Origin: Octopus sinensis
Taxonomy: Eukaryota
DNA length: 64,000 nt
Direction of reading: 5' to 3'
NCBI RefSeq assembly: GCF_006345805.1
Contig: NC_043003.1
Span: 5,084,001-5,148,000, forward strand
Within the stretch, counting starts at the first letter, position 1, and each line of letters begins with the position of its first letter. The notes under the pieces were generated by a model, which was not told the origin of the DNA, searched no databases, and worked only from the letters and a program-made list of their open reading frames with translations. This document shows positions 39,365-52,535 of this stretch, piece by piece. A program made the translations under genes and the position numbers.

Positions 39365-40028
39365 TTGATTTCAAATTTTCGCACACGGCCAGCAAGTTCG
39401 TGGGGGAAGGGATAAGTCGTTACATTGACGCCACGACTCAATTGGTATTCATTATATCGACCCCGAAAGGATGAAAATTAAAGTCGACCTCCACGGCATT
39501 TGAACCCAGAAAGTAAAGAAGGACGAAATGCTGTCAACTGTTTTCCCAGGAGTGCTAACGAGTCTGCCAGCTCGCCGCCTTTTTATCAGAATGATAATCC
39601 TTTCTATTATAGGCACAAGGCCTGAAGTTTGCGGGAGGACGATAGTCGATTATATCGATCTCAGTACTCAACTGGTACATAATTTATTGACCCCGAAAGG
39701 TGAAAGGCAAAGTGAACCTCGGCAGAATTTGAATTCAGAACGTAGCGACGGGCGGAATACCTATTTCTTTACTACTCACAAGGGGCTAAACATAGAGAGG
39801 ACAAACAAGGACAGACAGACGGATTAAGTCGATTACATCGACCCCGGTACGTAACTGGTACTTAATTTATCGACCTCGAAAGGATGAAAGGCAGAGTCGA
39901 CCTCGGCGGAAATTGAACTCAGAATGTATCGGCAGACAAAATACGGCTACGCATTTCGCCCGGTGTGCTAACGTTTCTGCCAGCTCGCCGGGCGAAATAC
40001 CGCTAAGCATATCGTCCAGCTCGCCGAC
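39365..40028 (-). mobile_element. Three tandem Nin/Deu-like SINE copies
   Basis: CGAAAGG(A)TGAAA..GTCGACCTC-like core appears three times, all on the minus strand. Confidence 0.85.
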
Positions 40029-41446
40029 ATTTTATCATAATATAATAAGAATCTCCTCTTCCACCTCCTCCTCCTCCATCAGTACCAGAAGTAGTAATGG
40101 CGACAGCAGTAGTAAGAGGAGAGACCGCAATTACACCATTACTAATTTCAATATTATATACCATTATTATCTTCGTTAATATCACCATTGTTGTCATTCG
40201 CCGTTCAGATTATTGCCGATGTTGTGTTTGTTGTTGTTGTTGTTGTCATTAATGTTGATGTTCTGATTGATGCTGCATTTCTATTATTCTGTTCACTCCT
40301 GGGAATGCTATTATGACAACGCAGCACCGAATGGGTTAAATTCCTCAGTTAATCTTAGCGTCATCTAACGGTAGACTGCGCTTATTGGATTAAGAGGATA
40401 CATTACTATTAACAACAACAACAGCATCAATCACAACAATAACTATATCTACATTAACAGCAACAACAGTGAATGTAAAATCGACAAAAGCAAACACAAC
40501 AACAACAACAACAACAGCGAAACCAACGCTATCGCCAGCAACGAGGAGAACAACAGCAATTATAAGGATGCAAGCCAAAACAATCACGGTATCGCTCGAA
40601 GGAAAGAATGGTTGATTATAACGTCGTGGTTAACCGAATCATTATATTTCTTGAGAATTTCATGCAAGCGATTGAGCATTTGTTCATATCTAAATAGAGA
40701 ATGTTTAAATATTTAGTCACGCCGTGAATCCGTCCTAATCAGTTTTATGTCAAGATTTGGCAATGCCATGGACCACTGCGTTGGATTTCATACACCTTAA
40801 CCATTCCAGTGCAGTTCAGTCGGTTACTTCTTTGGTCTTTGTAAAACCATGAAAGCGAAATCTATGAGATAAAGGGAATTCGGTTATGAAGAGCACAATT
40901 AATCACGATGTCTTTTGATGTGTATGTAGGACCCCGACAGTCTTATAATGGAGTATCTTTCGCATTTGCATCATTCTAAATTCAATTCTTGTAAAGGTGC
41001 CATGAACTCTGCGAGCGGATATCACTCAATTTAGTGTAGTAGCTTTAATCCGTTACCCGGTTTAATATAACCACCAGGATGTTAGATGGCTTTGAAACTA
41101 TTCACTGTCTTCAGAGAAATTGGGGTAGGTTATGAGTGTGAGGAAACACACAGCACCCTACTATGCTCTTCGGTTCTTCACAAAACCACATTATAGGCCG
41201 CCCGTCCTTCCGCTTTTGTCAAACCCAAATATAAATATGTGCATTTCGATTTAAAAGACTGATTTTTTAAAAATTAGTGTAAACATGAGTAAGAGGTAAT
41301 GGTGTCAAGAAGACCCCAAGGTGTGAGGTAATGCTGAGTAAGTGCTATGGACAGACTATAGTTAACGTCCAGGCCCGGTGATTATGCGAATGCGGAGTCC
41401 AACGTAGGTTGTATATCAGCATGTGTGTATATATAAAAAAATTTAT

Positions 41447-41606
41447 CAGAATGAGATAAAAATCGAAGGTTGTGAAACATTTCAGAACATTTATAAATAG
41501 GTCTTACAGCCGTTTGCGGGATATTTTATTTATCCCGAAACAGCTGTAAGACCTATTTATAAATGTTCTGGAATCTTTCACAGCATTGGATTTTTATCTC
41601 ATTTTG
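41447..41606. repeat. ~75-bp-arm foldback carrying hammerhead 3' halves
   Basis: Arms are reverse complements; GAAACAGCTGTAAGAC at 41537-41552; no CTGANGA half. Confidence 0.85.
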
Positions 41607-41649
41607 TTTATATATATATATATAGTTTATATATATATATATATATATA

Positions 41650-42046
41650 GCCACAGGAGTGGCTGTGTGGTAAGTAGCTTGCTAACCAACCACATGGTTC
41701 CGGGTTCAGTCCCACTAAGTGGCATCCTGGGTAAGTGTCTTCTGCTATAGCCCCGGGCCGACCAATGCCTTGTGAGTGGATTTTGTAGACGGAAATTGAA
41801 AGAAGCCTGTCGTATATATGTATATATATATGTATATGCGTGTGTGTGTGTTTGTCCCACTTGCATTGCTTGACAACCGATGCTGGTGTGTTTACGTCCC
41901 TGTCACTTAGCGGTTCGGCAAAAGAGACCGATATAATAAGTACTGGCCTTACAAAGAATAAGTCCCGGGGTCGATTTGATCGACTAAATGCGGTGCTCCA
42001 GCATAGCCGCAGTCAAATGACTGAAACAAGTAAAAGAGTAAAAGAG
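41650..42046 (+). mobile_element. Full-length tRNA-derived SINE (CORE-like)
   Basis: A box TGGCTGTGTGG, B box GGTTCAGTCC, internal (TA)(TG) tract, tail GACTGAAACAAGTAAAAGAGTAAAAGAG. Confidence 0.9.
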
Positions 42047-42051
42047 AGAGA

Positions 42052-42109
<58 letters not shown>

Positions 42110-42734
42110 ATTTATACAAAATATATATAGGGTGACAAGGGGAAGAGATAAGGAGAGCAAGGATCAGTCTGGCATTAATACGTTATTTGTACTTGGTATT
42201 TTTGATATAAAAGAAAGAGAAATGTTTTCTTTGCAAAAGTCTAACTGCAATCAATATGGCTCGCTTTTATGTCAGCAAAAGAAAATCTGAAAAGGAACAG
42301 TGGATGCACTGTGCAACAATATCTCTGTTTTCAATATTAAAAAATAACATGAGAGGTCATTGATAGCAGTGGAGATGCGATATCTCAGACACACTAGAAA
42401 ATATATGTGGTTGTAGAATATACAATAAATGGATATCAGAAAGAAAAGAACAAATAATTCTTAGAAAGAAGATATGTAGAAAAAAAATTCAACACCGAAC
42501 TGCATTATAAACTTTATCATATGACGCAGAAGAATTGAAGAGAGCAAATAGGAAAGCATAAAGGACCTCTTCAAATATAAAAGAACAGAGACGAGCCTAT
42601 TAAAGAATTAATTTCTTTTTAAAATAATTAATTATATTCATGTGAAAGTGTATCATAAGGAAGAATAAGTTTAGGATATTTGGAGGACAAGCAAAGATCA
42701 GTCAAAAATAGTGTGTAGATAGGTCTATATATAC

Positions 42735-42950
42735 GGCGAGATGGCACAAACGTTAGCATGCCGGGCGAAATGCTTAGCGGTATTTCGTCTGCCGCTACGT
42801 TCTGAGTTCAAATTCCGCCGAGGTCGACTTTGCCTTTCATCCTTTCGCGGTCGATTAAATAAGTACCAGTTACGCACTGGGGTCGATATAATAGATTTAA
42901 TCCGTTTGTTTGTCCTTGTTTGTCCCCTCTGTGTTTGTGGGTAGTAAAGG
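42735..42950 (+). mobile_element. SINE with Nin/Deu-like domain
   Basis: Matches 13251-13472. Confidence 0.9.
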
Positions 42951-43077
42951 ATATATATATATATATATAATACATATTATATATATATCTATATATATAT
43001 ATATATATATATACTAACACTTGATATCGAGTAGTAAAAACAATTGTTAGAATTCTGATGGTGATAAATAATAATAA

Positions 43078-43250
43078 ACAAGGCCTGGATTTCGTAAGGA
43101 AGGGAGAGTCGATCACATCGACCCCATTACTCAGCTGCTACTTAATTTATCGATCTCGAAAGTATGAAAGTCGAAGTCGAACTCGACGGAATTTGAACTC
43201 AAAATGTAGCATATCGTCTACTGTCCTAACGATCGTCCAACTCGCCCCTT
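43078..43250 (-). mobile_element. Degenerate Nin/Deu-like SINE
   Basis: GTCGATCACATCGACCCC..GGAATTTGAACTC. Confidence 0.7.
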
Positions 43251-43255
43251 TAATT

Positions 43256-43286
<31 letters not shown>

Positions 43287-43315
43287 TAATAATAGCAATA
43301 ATAATAATGATAACA

Positions 43316-43873
43316 AATGTCCCGATGCAGTACCAGACAGTGGCTCTCATGATTTCTGATTTTAACTGATTGGAAGTGTTATCATGTACACTGTTTTGTC
43401 TTGGTATAAAAGATGGGCTACAGCAAATATTCTGCTCAATACCACAGATTTGCTTGTCAGTTGTTTGACCGTAACCAGTTGAGCATGTTCCTTAGTGGCT
43501 GACGAAATGTGCATCTCTGATCAGGAGCAGAAGTAGTGGTGAAGCATCATAGCCATGTGTTGAGAAGGATTATTTGGGTTTTGGATATTTCACCTTTGGA
43601 AACATGTGTGTTTCGTTCAACATCCTTAAACAACCCTTATTCAGGGACCTTTTGAGTGGGATGGGCTACTCGCCCCGAAGAAAATTCTAACTGGGCCCCA
43701 CCTGCAAAGACATATGCTGTTTATCTTAATATGAGATCACCATGTCGCGTACATATAGTTGTGATTCATGTGCTTAGTGTAGCCTTATCAGACGGGTAGT
43801 CATGATGGGTATACTGGGCTTCGTATATTTTCCCCCAGTGTCACTTTGATGGCATGCACTGCTCTCTCACTCA
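43316..43873 (+). mobile_element. ~560-bp (TAA)n-inserted element, second copy
   Basis: Reverse complement of 30719-31277; flanked by (TAA)n and (CAA/TAA)n. Confidence 0.85.
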
Positions 43874-43924
43874 ATAACAACAACAACAATAATAATAATG
43901 CTAATAATGATCATAATAAAATTT

Positions 43925-44190
43925 TAAATTGCAAGAATTTGGAAAATGAAAACTGTAAACGTTGTTCCTATAATAATTGGTGCACTGGGAACTGTAAGCA
44001 AAGATAGAGGGAAAAAAGATGGTTAGAATAGAATGTCCTGTTGAGATTTCCTCTTAGAGACAGGAAAAATTATCAGGAGGGTTCTCAGCACTTGAAAGAC
44101 TCCAGAAAGTTTTATGGATACAGGTTACAGGAGGCGAACCACTGCTCACATAAATCCTACCAGGAATACGACCGAACCTGAGTCAAATCA
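43925..44190 (+). mobile_element. R4/Dong-like (RLE) non-LTR retrotransposon 3' end
   Basis: IARIWKMKTVNVVPIIIGALGTVSK..LLETGKIIRRVLST*, then a 3' UTR and (AAT)n; flanked by TAA repeats, the known Dong target. Confidence 0.75.
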
Positions 44191-44394
44191 ATAATAATAA
44201 TAATAATAATAATAATGGTTGTAGTAAAGCATGGATTAATGCTAATAGGGTGGATTATATGCATATTTTGAGTAAGAAATTACAATATATACATATATGT
44301 TTATATGCGCATATTCACGTACTCATGCGTTTGTGTATATACATTATAAATACAATATACATTATAAATATATATATATTTATTTATTTATTTA

Positions 44395-45130
44395 TATACA
44401 TACATACATACATATATATATATTTATATACATACATACATACATATATATATATTTATATATATACATACATACATACATATATATATATTTATATACA
44501 TACATACATACATATATATATATTTATATACATACATACATATATATATATATTTATATACATACATACATATATATATATATTTATATACATACATACA
44601 TATATATATATTTATATACATACATACATACATATATATATATTTATATACATACATATATATATATATTTATATACATACATACATACATATATATATT
44701 TATATACATACATACATACATATATATATTTATATACATACATATATACATATATATATTTATATACATACATACATACATATATATATTTATATACATA
44801 CATACATACATATATATATTTATATACATACATACATACATATATATATTTATATACATACATACATATATATATTTATATACATACATACATATATATA
44901 TTTATATACATACATACATACATATATATATTTATATACATACATACATACATATATATATTTATATACATACATACATATATATATTTATATACATACA
45001 TACATATATATTTATATACATACATACATATATTTATATACATACATATATATATTTATATACATACATATATATATTTATATACATACATAATATATAT
45101 ATATATTTATATATATATATATAATATATA

Positions 45131-45165
<35 letters not shown>
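44395..45165. repeat. Minisatellite, ~26-34-bp unit TATTTATATACATACATACATACATATATA
   Basis: More than 20 units visible. Confidence 0.95.
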
Positions 45166-46098
45166 CGTGCAGCGTGTGTGTGTTAAAACGATTGCTAATA
45201 AGGGTAAGAAGCGGTGGCCAAGGGAAGTGATAACATTTGAGCCTAGAAAAGAGCAATGGAATAGGAGAAGCAATTCAATAAAGTCGCCCAAGTTGCTGTA
45301 ATGCTGGGAAACAGATGTATTGACTTTAGTAAGTCTAGCATTAAAAGATTGAAAGCGATAAAGATTACACAAAATGATAGGAAATCAGATCTAAATCAAA
45401 TGGTGTCTAATATTGATGAATATATTATTTCTGATCAGAATCAATGAAGAAATGTAAGTAATATTTAACCAACAACTTTTTATCAGTTAGCTAGTATGTT
45501 AAGCCTGAATTCAACAAGAGAAAATGTTGGTATTAAATGTTATTCATAATAGAAATAAACGGAACAAGTTTGTGTACAAAGAACGAAATAGAAGAAGAGT
45601 TTAATCTAAGACGACGTGACATAGATAGAATATATGAATTTCAAATGAAAATCACACTTAAAGTATCAGCGACAAAGAAAATATTATTTGAAAAATACTG
45701 AAAGTGAAAACACTAATAAAAAAAAACGTAGTTGTGTATGTGAGAGAGTTGTGAGCAGAGGGGAGGGCGGCGTCGGGGAATATAAAGTATAAGATTGTTA
45801 TTGAAAAGATAAAATACATCTGATGAAACAGTGTTTGGTATCTAGAGAATTAAATGAAGGAAGGAAAAGTCAATTGTAAAATAACTCCCTTCTAGAGAGA
45901 AGAGATAAAATGAAACTGTTTCTAGAAGATGGCGGCGGCTAAAACTATTAGCTGATTGGATCGAGATTGTCAGTTCAACATAAGTATAGAGAATATCGGA
46001 ATATATATATAGTGGGGGGACAGTTATTATTTTGTCCTCGGTCAACCTTCATCCTGGAGACATATCTCCAAATTCATACCTACACTGTCTTTATAGTA

Positions 46099-46170
<72 letters not shown>

Positions 46171-46239
46171 CTTTATTTAAAAGCAGCAGAAATATAACAA
46201 AAGCTGTTACTCGGAGTTTCACGTTCCCGTTCGTCGGAC
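46171..46239 (-). mobile_element. Family C repeat with hammerhead variant 46206-46239
   Basis: Minus strand: GT CCGACGA ACG-GGAA-CGT GAAACTC-C-GAGTA AC; abuts (TA)n. Confidence 0.7.
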
Positions 46240-46243
46240 GGGA

Positions 46244-46350
46244 ACCCAGTCATAATTGTCAGACAATTTCTGCGACAAGATCACCTTTACCATCTGGCCA
46301 CCTAACTTCCCATACTGCAACCCCCTTGATTATTATGCGTGGGCGCAGTT
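46244..46350 (+). pseudogene. Tc1/maT-type transposase fragment
   Basis: TQS*LSDNFCDKITFTIWPPNFPYCNPLDYYAW resembles the WPPNSPDLNPLDY motif. Confidence 0.75.
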
Positions 46351-46744
46351 GCCATAATCCTTACCCTCAGTTCATAACTATGTAAATAAGTGGAAACTGA
46401 ACCAGGTGAGTGCATTAAATAATAAGGCACTAGAAGACTACAAAATCCCCAACACCACTAATTATTAAAAATTATTGATTACTTCAAAACGTTATGACAT
46501 TCTCACTGTTTTTGTCGAAACCAATTGGCGTATCCTCCTGTAATTTTTTAATCTTTCTTTGTTATTTCTTTTCCATCCTGTTAACCTTATGGAAAACTTA
46601 ACCCACCGATTAATATTTTAAGTTTAGTCATTTACTCAACGTCCTGAAGCGACACATAAGCAAAAATGCTATGATTTGAATATATTCAGCTTTTCGTCTT
46701 CTTTTCGAGGCTCATCATTTCTTTCATGTATGCATTTTTTGGTT

Positions 46745-46843
46745 CTGATGAAGCTTCATGTATTTACCAAATATGATGAATAATGTTTTTAGAATTTTCA
46801 ATGACAATACCGTATAACATTGGAAGCAGAAACAGCTGTTAGA
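46745..46843 (+). ncRNA. Hammerhead-like motif with long stem II insert, family I
   Basis: CTGATGA A GCTTC..(~65 nt)..GAAGC A GAAAC AGCT GTT; stem I weak. Confidence 0.45.
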
Positions 46844-47257
46844 TGGGGTACAGTTTATTTGTACTAAAATGTAATAATTGATGTTAGTCAATTGTTGTTG
46901 ATCAATACCTCCATTTTCTGTTTACACTTAATTTGATTCTTGATAAACTCATGTTTATCTTTGTCATTGCCTGTAACCTATTACCATAATATGCCTACAT
47001 ATGAATGTCCAGGGTTAACGCAATTAATTATACTGGTAGTATAGCGGATATTTTTATCCCTTAGACGGTTATTCCAGCCTCTAACTCTACTAACCCCATA
47101 TACATAAAGTATATATATATTTGCGGTTCGGCAAAAGGATTCCGATAGTCTAAGTACCAGGGTTAGTATCTATTCGACTAAAAAAGCCAAAATTACAAAC
47201 ACAATATAAAAGAATAAACACACACACACACACACATATATATATAATATATAATAT

Positions 47258-47293
<36 letters not shown>

Positions 47294-47332
47294 GGAGAGT
47301 ATTGTAATTCGCTTGAAGCATTGTGTATTTTT

Positions 47333-47580
47333 TGTAAAGAATAAACATGTTTGAATGACACAACAATGCACTATAATACAAACAATGAGCTATATACCTG
47401 TTGTAGTTTAGTCAGCCATGGTCATCCATAGTACAAAAAGAAAAGCCGTTGAAAACCGATTATAGCAGCGACTCCATCTAAGTATATCAAACTATGGATG
47501 ACTAAATTACAACAGGTATATAGCACATTGGTTGTATTACACTACATTGTTGTACCTTTTAAAACTTTTTATTCTTTACA
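47333..47580. repeat. Imperfect ~95-bp-arm inverted repeat
   Basis: GCTATATACCTGTTGTAGTTTAGTCA..TCCATAGT versus ACTATGGATGACTAAATTACAACAGGTATATAGC. Confidence 0.85.
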
Positions 47581-48734
47581 CACAAACACACACATATATA
47601 TCAATCTATGTGCCTTTCTTGGCTAGAATTACTCATTTAGAAATTATTCTATTTTTTTTTTATTTGTCATTATAATGTCTGTAATATAATTGTAATTACT
47701 TGATTGATTAGATGAAATATATTAAGTGGCCACTTCATAGTTAGTAATAGACACAGAAGGCGTCCCAAAGCGCCTCTTGCCAAGCTACTCCTTATATTTG
47801 CATATGCCATTGTTCTATGTTAGCCAGTGCAGCAGATATGTCATGTCTGCTGTTTAACGCAGAAACTAGATCATTATCATTAGAACTGTGCAATTATGGC
47901 TCGAACCTATCACAATTCATTTGCGCTCGTTGCGAAAAATAGAATTAAAAAAACCCTCATAATCAAATTAAGTGGAACCTCGTACGAAACAACCACATTA
48001 CAAATATCTGGGCGATTGCTCTCATTAATATTTCCTTCGATCAACGTGTCCCCTTCGGCCACGATTAGATTTTTACATCGAATTTCTCATAATTATTGCT
48101 CTGCCGTTATTTTTGTTTTTTTTTTGTGATTCCTCAACATCGGTTGGTTAGTTTACATTAGAAAATATTTATTTCATCGTTAATGACTGCGATGTTGTTG
48201 TTGTTGACGACGACTGTGTGAGGTGTCATGTGTGACGGAGGTGAAGAGGCGATAAACGGCGGGGAGAGTCGGGCATGGCGGGGATAGTAGTGTTAGGTGG
48301 TACAGTACTTAGGTCGCGATATACGTTGCATAATTAAATTGCACTTTTAAGCCGAGTGTGCAATGTTCCTAAAAGTCAATTAATCAGGCTAAGAGAGCAT
48401 CCACACACTTAGAGCTCAACACACACATGCATATAAGAAAACAATTCCACACTTACGCACATACATAAATACACACACACACATATATATTTACATGTGT
48501 ATACACACACACACACACACACACATATATATGCTTAGATACATGCATCGGTATATGCATACAGAAATGTGTGTGTGTGTGCTTGCATGTCTCTGTACTT
48601 TAAATCAGATATTTACCAACATTAACGGAAAACAAAGGAAATTATATATTTACTACTTTTATCAGTACGTTTACAATGTTATCTTTGAAGGGTGACATAT
48701 TGTATCCAGTTCCATAGGAAACGAAATGCACATG

Positions 48735-48774
<40 letters not shown>

Positions 48775-48827
48775 GAGAGAGAGAGAGAGAGTGAGAAGGA
48801 GAGACATATATACACATATATAAATAT

Positions 48828-48984
48828 ATTTTCTCTCTCCTTGTTTTTTCTGTGCCCCTTTCTGAAGAAGAGCGTAGGCTCGGAACGTAAAAGACTTTTT
48901 CTATTCCTGAGCGTTATACTAATACATCTGTTTGTTTTGTACACCGCCAGTCTTCGTCTTTTGTTTTTTTTCGTAAACTTTCCA
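48828..48984 (+). mobile_element. Family E repeat (hammerhead motif 48858-48893)
   Basis: CTTT CTGAAGA A GAGC-GTAG-GCTC GGAAC GTA AAAG; A13->G. Confidence 0.8.
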
Positions 48985-49010
48985 TATATAAATATATATA
49001 TGTATGTATG

Positions 49011-49049
<39 letters not shown>

Positions 49050-49063
<14 letters not shown>

Positions 49064-49162
49064 GGATATATGTAGTGTATGTTTAATATATTATATATAT
49101 ACACGGATATATGTATGTGTATGTTTATATATATATATATACACGGATATATGTATGTGTAT

Positions 49163-49198
<36 letters not shown>

Positions 49199-49225
49199 GT
49201 ATATATGTATGTGTATGTTTATATA
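49050..49225. repeat. ~40-bp tandem repeat (ACACGGATATATGTATGTGTATGTTTATAT) within (TA)n
   Basis: Three to four units visible. Confidence 0.85.
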
Positions 49226-49756
49226 TTTATATATATATATTATATATTATATATATATGTATGTAATATAAATATATGTATGGTATATATATATATATGT
49301 ATGTATGTACGTATGTACGTGTATGTTTGTTTTGTATATATATATATATATATATATAGTAAATGAAGAAACGAAGAACGACCACAAAAAAGCAACGACG
49401 CAAGGACGTGTTACGTCTAAAATGCTAGCAGACGCTTAGGGAAGGACAGGAAAGTGGTTTTACGTTCCGAACAAATGTAACTTAATATAATGAATTCTTG
49501 ACTTTGTATATGTACATTTGTATATGGATATGTGTATGTTAGTATATTATTATAATATTCTAATATATTGATTTGATTAACTGTAACATTATATATATGT
49601 ATGTATATTATTATACATTATTATGTATATACGTATATATATATAGGTGCATGTGTATATACGCTTATATGTATGTGCATATTATATATTATGTATATGT
49701 ACTCATTCTTGTATGGGTGTACCTTCTCTGATATTCATATTTAGATTGTACTTTAT

Positions 49757-49881
49757 TCTCTAAAGAGGCCTTGGGATATATTTGTAAGTGTTTTATTTAT
49801 AACCACATATTAACTTATCACACCTGGCTAATATGAACATAATGAGATACTCATATCTACATGGCTGAAACAGCTGTAAGA
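49757..49881 (+). ncRNA. Degenerate hammerhead with ~90-nt stem II insert, family J
   Basis: TCT CTAAAGA GGCC..GGCT GAAAC AGCT GTA AGA; G5->A. Confidence 0.55.
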
Positions 49882-50079
49882 TATAGTTTATATTTATATT
49901 TATATTTATTTATACATATTGTACTTATTGTATCATATTACTCATTGATGTGCACTGTTTTGTTCTGTACTTTTATGTTCGACCTTGATGTTCATATGTA
50001 GTTGGTTAATAAATTATGTGAAGGGGTATTATCTGGTAGTTGATTACTGATTAAGGTGTATTTCTCCATTTTCTTATTT

Positions 50080-50151
<72 letters not shown>

Positions 50152-50880
50152 TGTGTATGTGTGTGTGTATGTGTGTGTATCAAAGAGGTAATGATTAAGC
50201 AAAACATGTGTTATCGCTTTAGAGCATGGAACTTATAATTGGAATATAATTACAGAGTTGTTTGAGCTGCAAACGACAGACTGTAAAGTGACGCCACATG
50301 GTTTGCTTGTTCCTTCTTTCTAATCTACATCAAATCAGTCGATGGTAAACCACTTGTAGCCATTCTTTGCTAGATTACTACAGCAACTCCTTGTTTTTAG
50401 TTGCAGTTCAAGTCGGAGTTTTAGTGGTAAACCAATTCGAGTACTTACAGTACATTCTTATTGCAACATTACCTCATTAGACCGAATTTTAATATACGCA
50501 CACATACACACGAACACACACGGAAACATACACACACGGAAACACACACACACATGTACAAATATATATAGTGGTTTCTTATGGTCTTTTTCAACGCATG
50601 CTGGAAGCATATTCAAAAGCCACGTCCATTAGAATCATCCGCTATCTTGTAATTGCGTTGTATTCGTAAACAGGATTATTTCATGAAATCTTTTACTCTA
50701 GTTTGGCAGACATTACAATCGTGCGGTCGTTTAAAACAACTTCCGCGAAACACTTCAGTCTAGATTAATAATTCAGTGTAATCTTAAATAACTATAGCAG
50801 AAGATATATCTTTCTACATTGACCTTTAGTGAGTACTTTCACCGGTTGTACATGAATGATGTTACGTGCTTATATTTATA

Positions 50881-51381
50881 AACTTAGACTTAGATAAACT
50901 TAGATATGTTTCGACCAATGATTGGTCCAGGCCATGTCTAACTTAATAGCACCACCTGATAGGATTATTTGAATCCTGTTTAAGTCAAGTTTTGTTTATG
51001 GTCCATTCAAGTAGTGAGTATTTGTTGAGTCAGTTGTATCCAATTATGTGTGGCTTATCTGGTATTCCTTGAAGGAATCTATCCAGACTCCGTTTAAAGT
51101 TGATGGGATCCTGTTCCTCTTTGATCTCTTTCGGGACAATGTTAAATAGGGCAGGGTCTGTTGAGGAAAAGAAATTATGTTGCAGTGTACATGTATGCTG
51201 TGATCTTGAATTGGGCAGGGGACGTATGGCCCGTGGTCCCAGTCTTGGATGAACCAGGTCGTTTGGGCAAAGTTGGCGGTATATTCTCCACATCGTACAA
51301 ATGATGTACCGCTCACGGCGACGCTAGAGAGAGTAGAGTTTCAAGGCTTTAAGGCGATCCCAATAATCGAGATCAGCCATG
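50881..51381 (-). mobile_element. CR1-like LINE 3' fragment (ORF2 C-terminus, 3' UTR, tail)
   Basis: DYWDRLKALKLYSL*RRRERYIICTMWRI..HPRLG..ALFNIVPKEIK..FKRSLDRFLQGIPDKP; 3' hairpin GACCAAT-C-ATTGGTC; (TCTAAGTTTA)-type tail. Confidence 0.9.
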
Positions 51382-51394
51382 CCTTATATATATA

Positions 51395-51451
<57 letters not shown>

Positions 51452-51795
51452 GAGTTTTGCGTAATGAGATAAAAAATACCAAGGCTGTATAGATATTAGA
51501 GCATTATAGATAGATGGTTTTGCAGCTGTTTCTAGAATATTAATTAATAATAATATCCCTTCATCGGAGACGGTGTGAGAGGAAAATAAAGTCATAGTTA
51601 GTTTCGATGTGATACAAATAGAGAGTGAGGTGGAGGAAAGAAAATAGATGTAAGATATGTATGGTTATTGAGTTCAGAAATCCATTTTATAAGCATAATG
51701 TGTAATATTCCAATATCCTTTGAGTAAAATCCAAATGTCTAACAGAGTTTAATATGAGTCCATCCAAATGTAAAGTTGGTCCTTCCCATTAGGGA

Positions 51796-51864
<69 letters not shown>

Positions 51865-52029
51865 AAGGTAAAAAAATACAAACTGGGACAAGAACGTGAA
51901 ACATTTAGAAGACGACACAAAAAACACGGACGGGACATTCGAAGCCTTCAATCTTCAGTCAAGAACCGGATCATCTTCGCAATTTCGGCTATGAGTGTGT
52001 GTGTATAAACATCTGAAATCTCCCGTCGA

Positions 52030-52280
52030 AGAGGACGTATGAGTGTTCAGTTTCTGCTGAACGCCCTGCACGGCTGATTTGTTTATAGTGATCAAGTGTC
52101 TGTACAGCACATTATCTCACTTCCTCCATCAAATCGACATTTCCGGTACGGGTGCACGGTGTACCATTCGTCTGGAGTGCAACTGATTGCAGAACAACAT
52201 GAACCGTCTCCAGAACATAACCACAACTCGATAGAGGGACTGAAATCGTGATCGCGCGATCGTGCGTGCAGCAGCTCTTC
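52030..52280 (-). mobile_element. Possible old tRNA-derived SINE
   Basis: Degenerate B-box-like GATTTCAGTCC on the minus strand; single copy in the window. Confidence 0.35.
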
Positions 52281-52295
52281 CACACACACACACAC

Positions 52296-52535
52296 CTATT
52301 TCTATTTCTTTACTACCCACAACGGGCTAAACATAGAGAGGACAAACAAGGATAGACAAACGGATTAAGTCGATTATATCGACCCCAGTGCGTAACTGGT
52401 ACTCAATTTATCGACCTCGAAAGGATGAAAGTCAAAGTCGACCTCGGCGGAATTTGAACTCAGAACGTAGCTGCAGACGAAATACTGCTAAGCATTTCGT
52501 CCGGGGTGCTAACGTTTCTGCCAGCTCGCCGCCTT
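52296..52535 (-). mobile_element. Full-length Nin/Deu-like SINE inserted in (CA)n
   Basis: Near-identical to 39760-39990. Confidence 0.9.

Noticed and set aside
43495-43558. CTGACGA...GAAG inside the 560-bp element
   Set aside because: Stem II is not adjacent to the core, GAAA is absent and the core itself pairs with TAGCCA.
44395-45100. Regular ~30-bp periodicity resembling a CRISPR array
   Set aside because: No unique spacers; a simple minisatellite in eukaryotic DNA.
44250-45230. 326-aa ORF and the many YIYI/THTH/CVCV ORFs
   Set aside because: Translations of (TA)n, (CA)n and TACA repeats that lack stops; not genes.
45820-45840. CTGATGA-AAC-AGT-GTT
   Set aside because: No GAAA or cleavage triplet follows.
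45926-45936. Isolated YY1 consensus AAGATGGCGGC
   Set aside because: A single motif with no ORF, CpG island or supporting elements.
50895-50945. Hairpin followed by GAAAC on the minus strand
   Set aside because: No CTGANGA; better explained as the LINE 3' UTR stem-loop.
51875-51990. Minus-strand CTGAAGA and CCGAAATTGCG near (TA)n
   Set aside because: The halves are in the wrong order and incomplete; possibly a truncated PLE-type repeat, but unsupported here.
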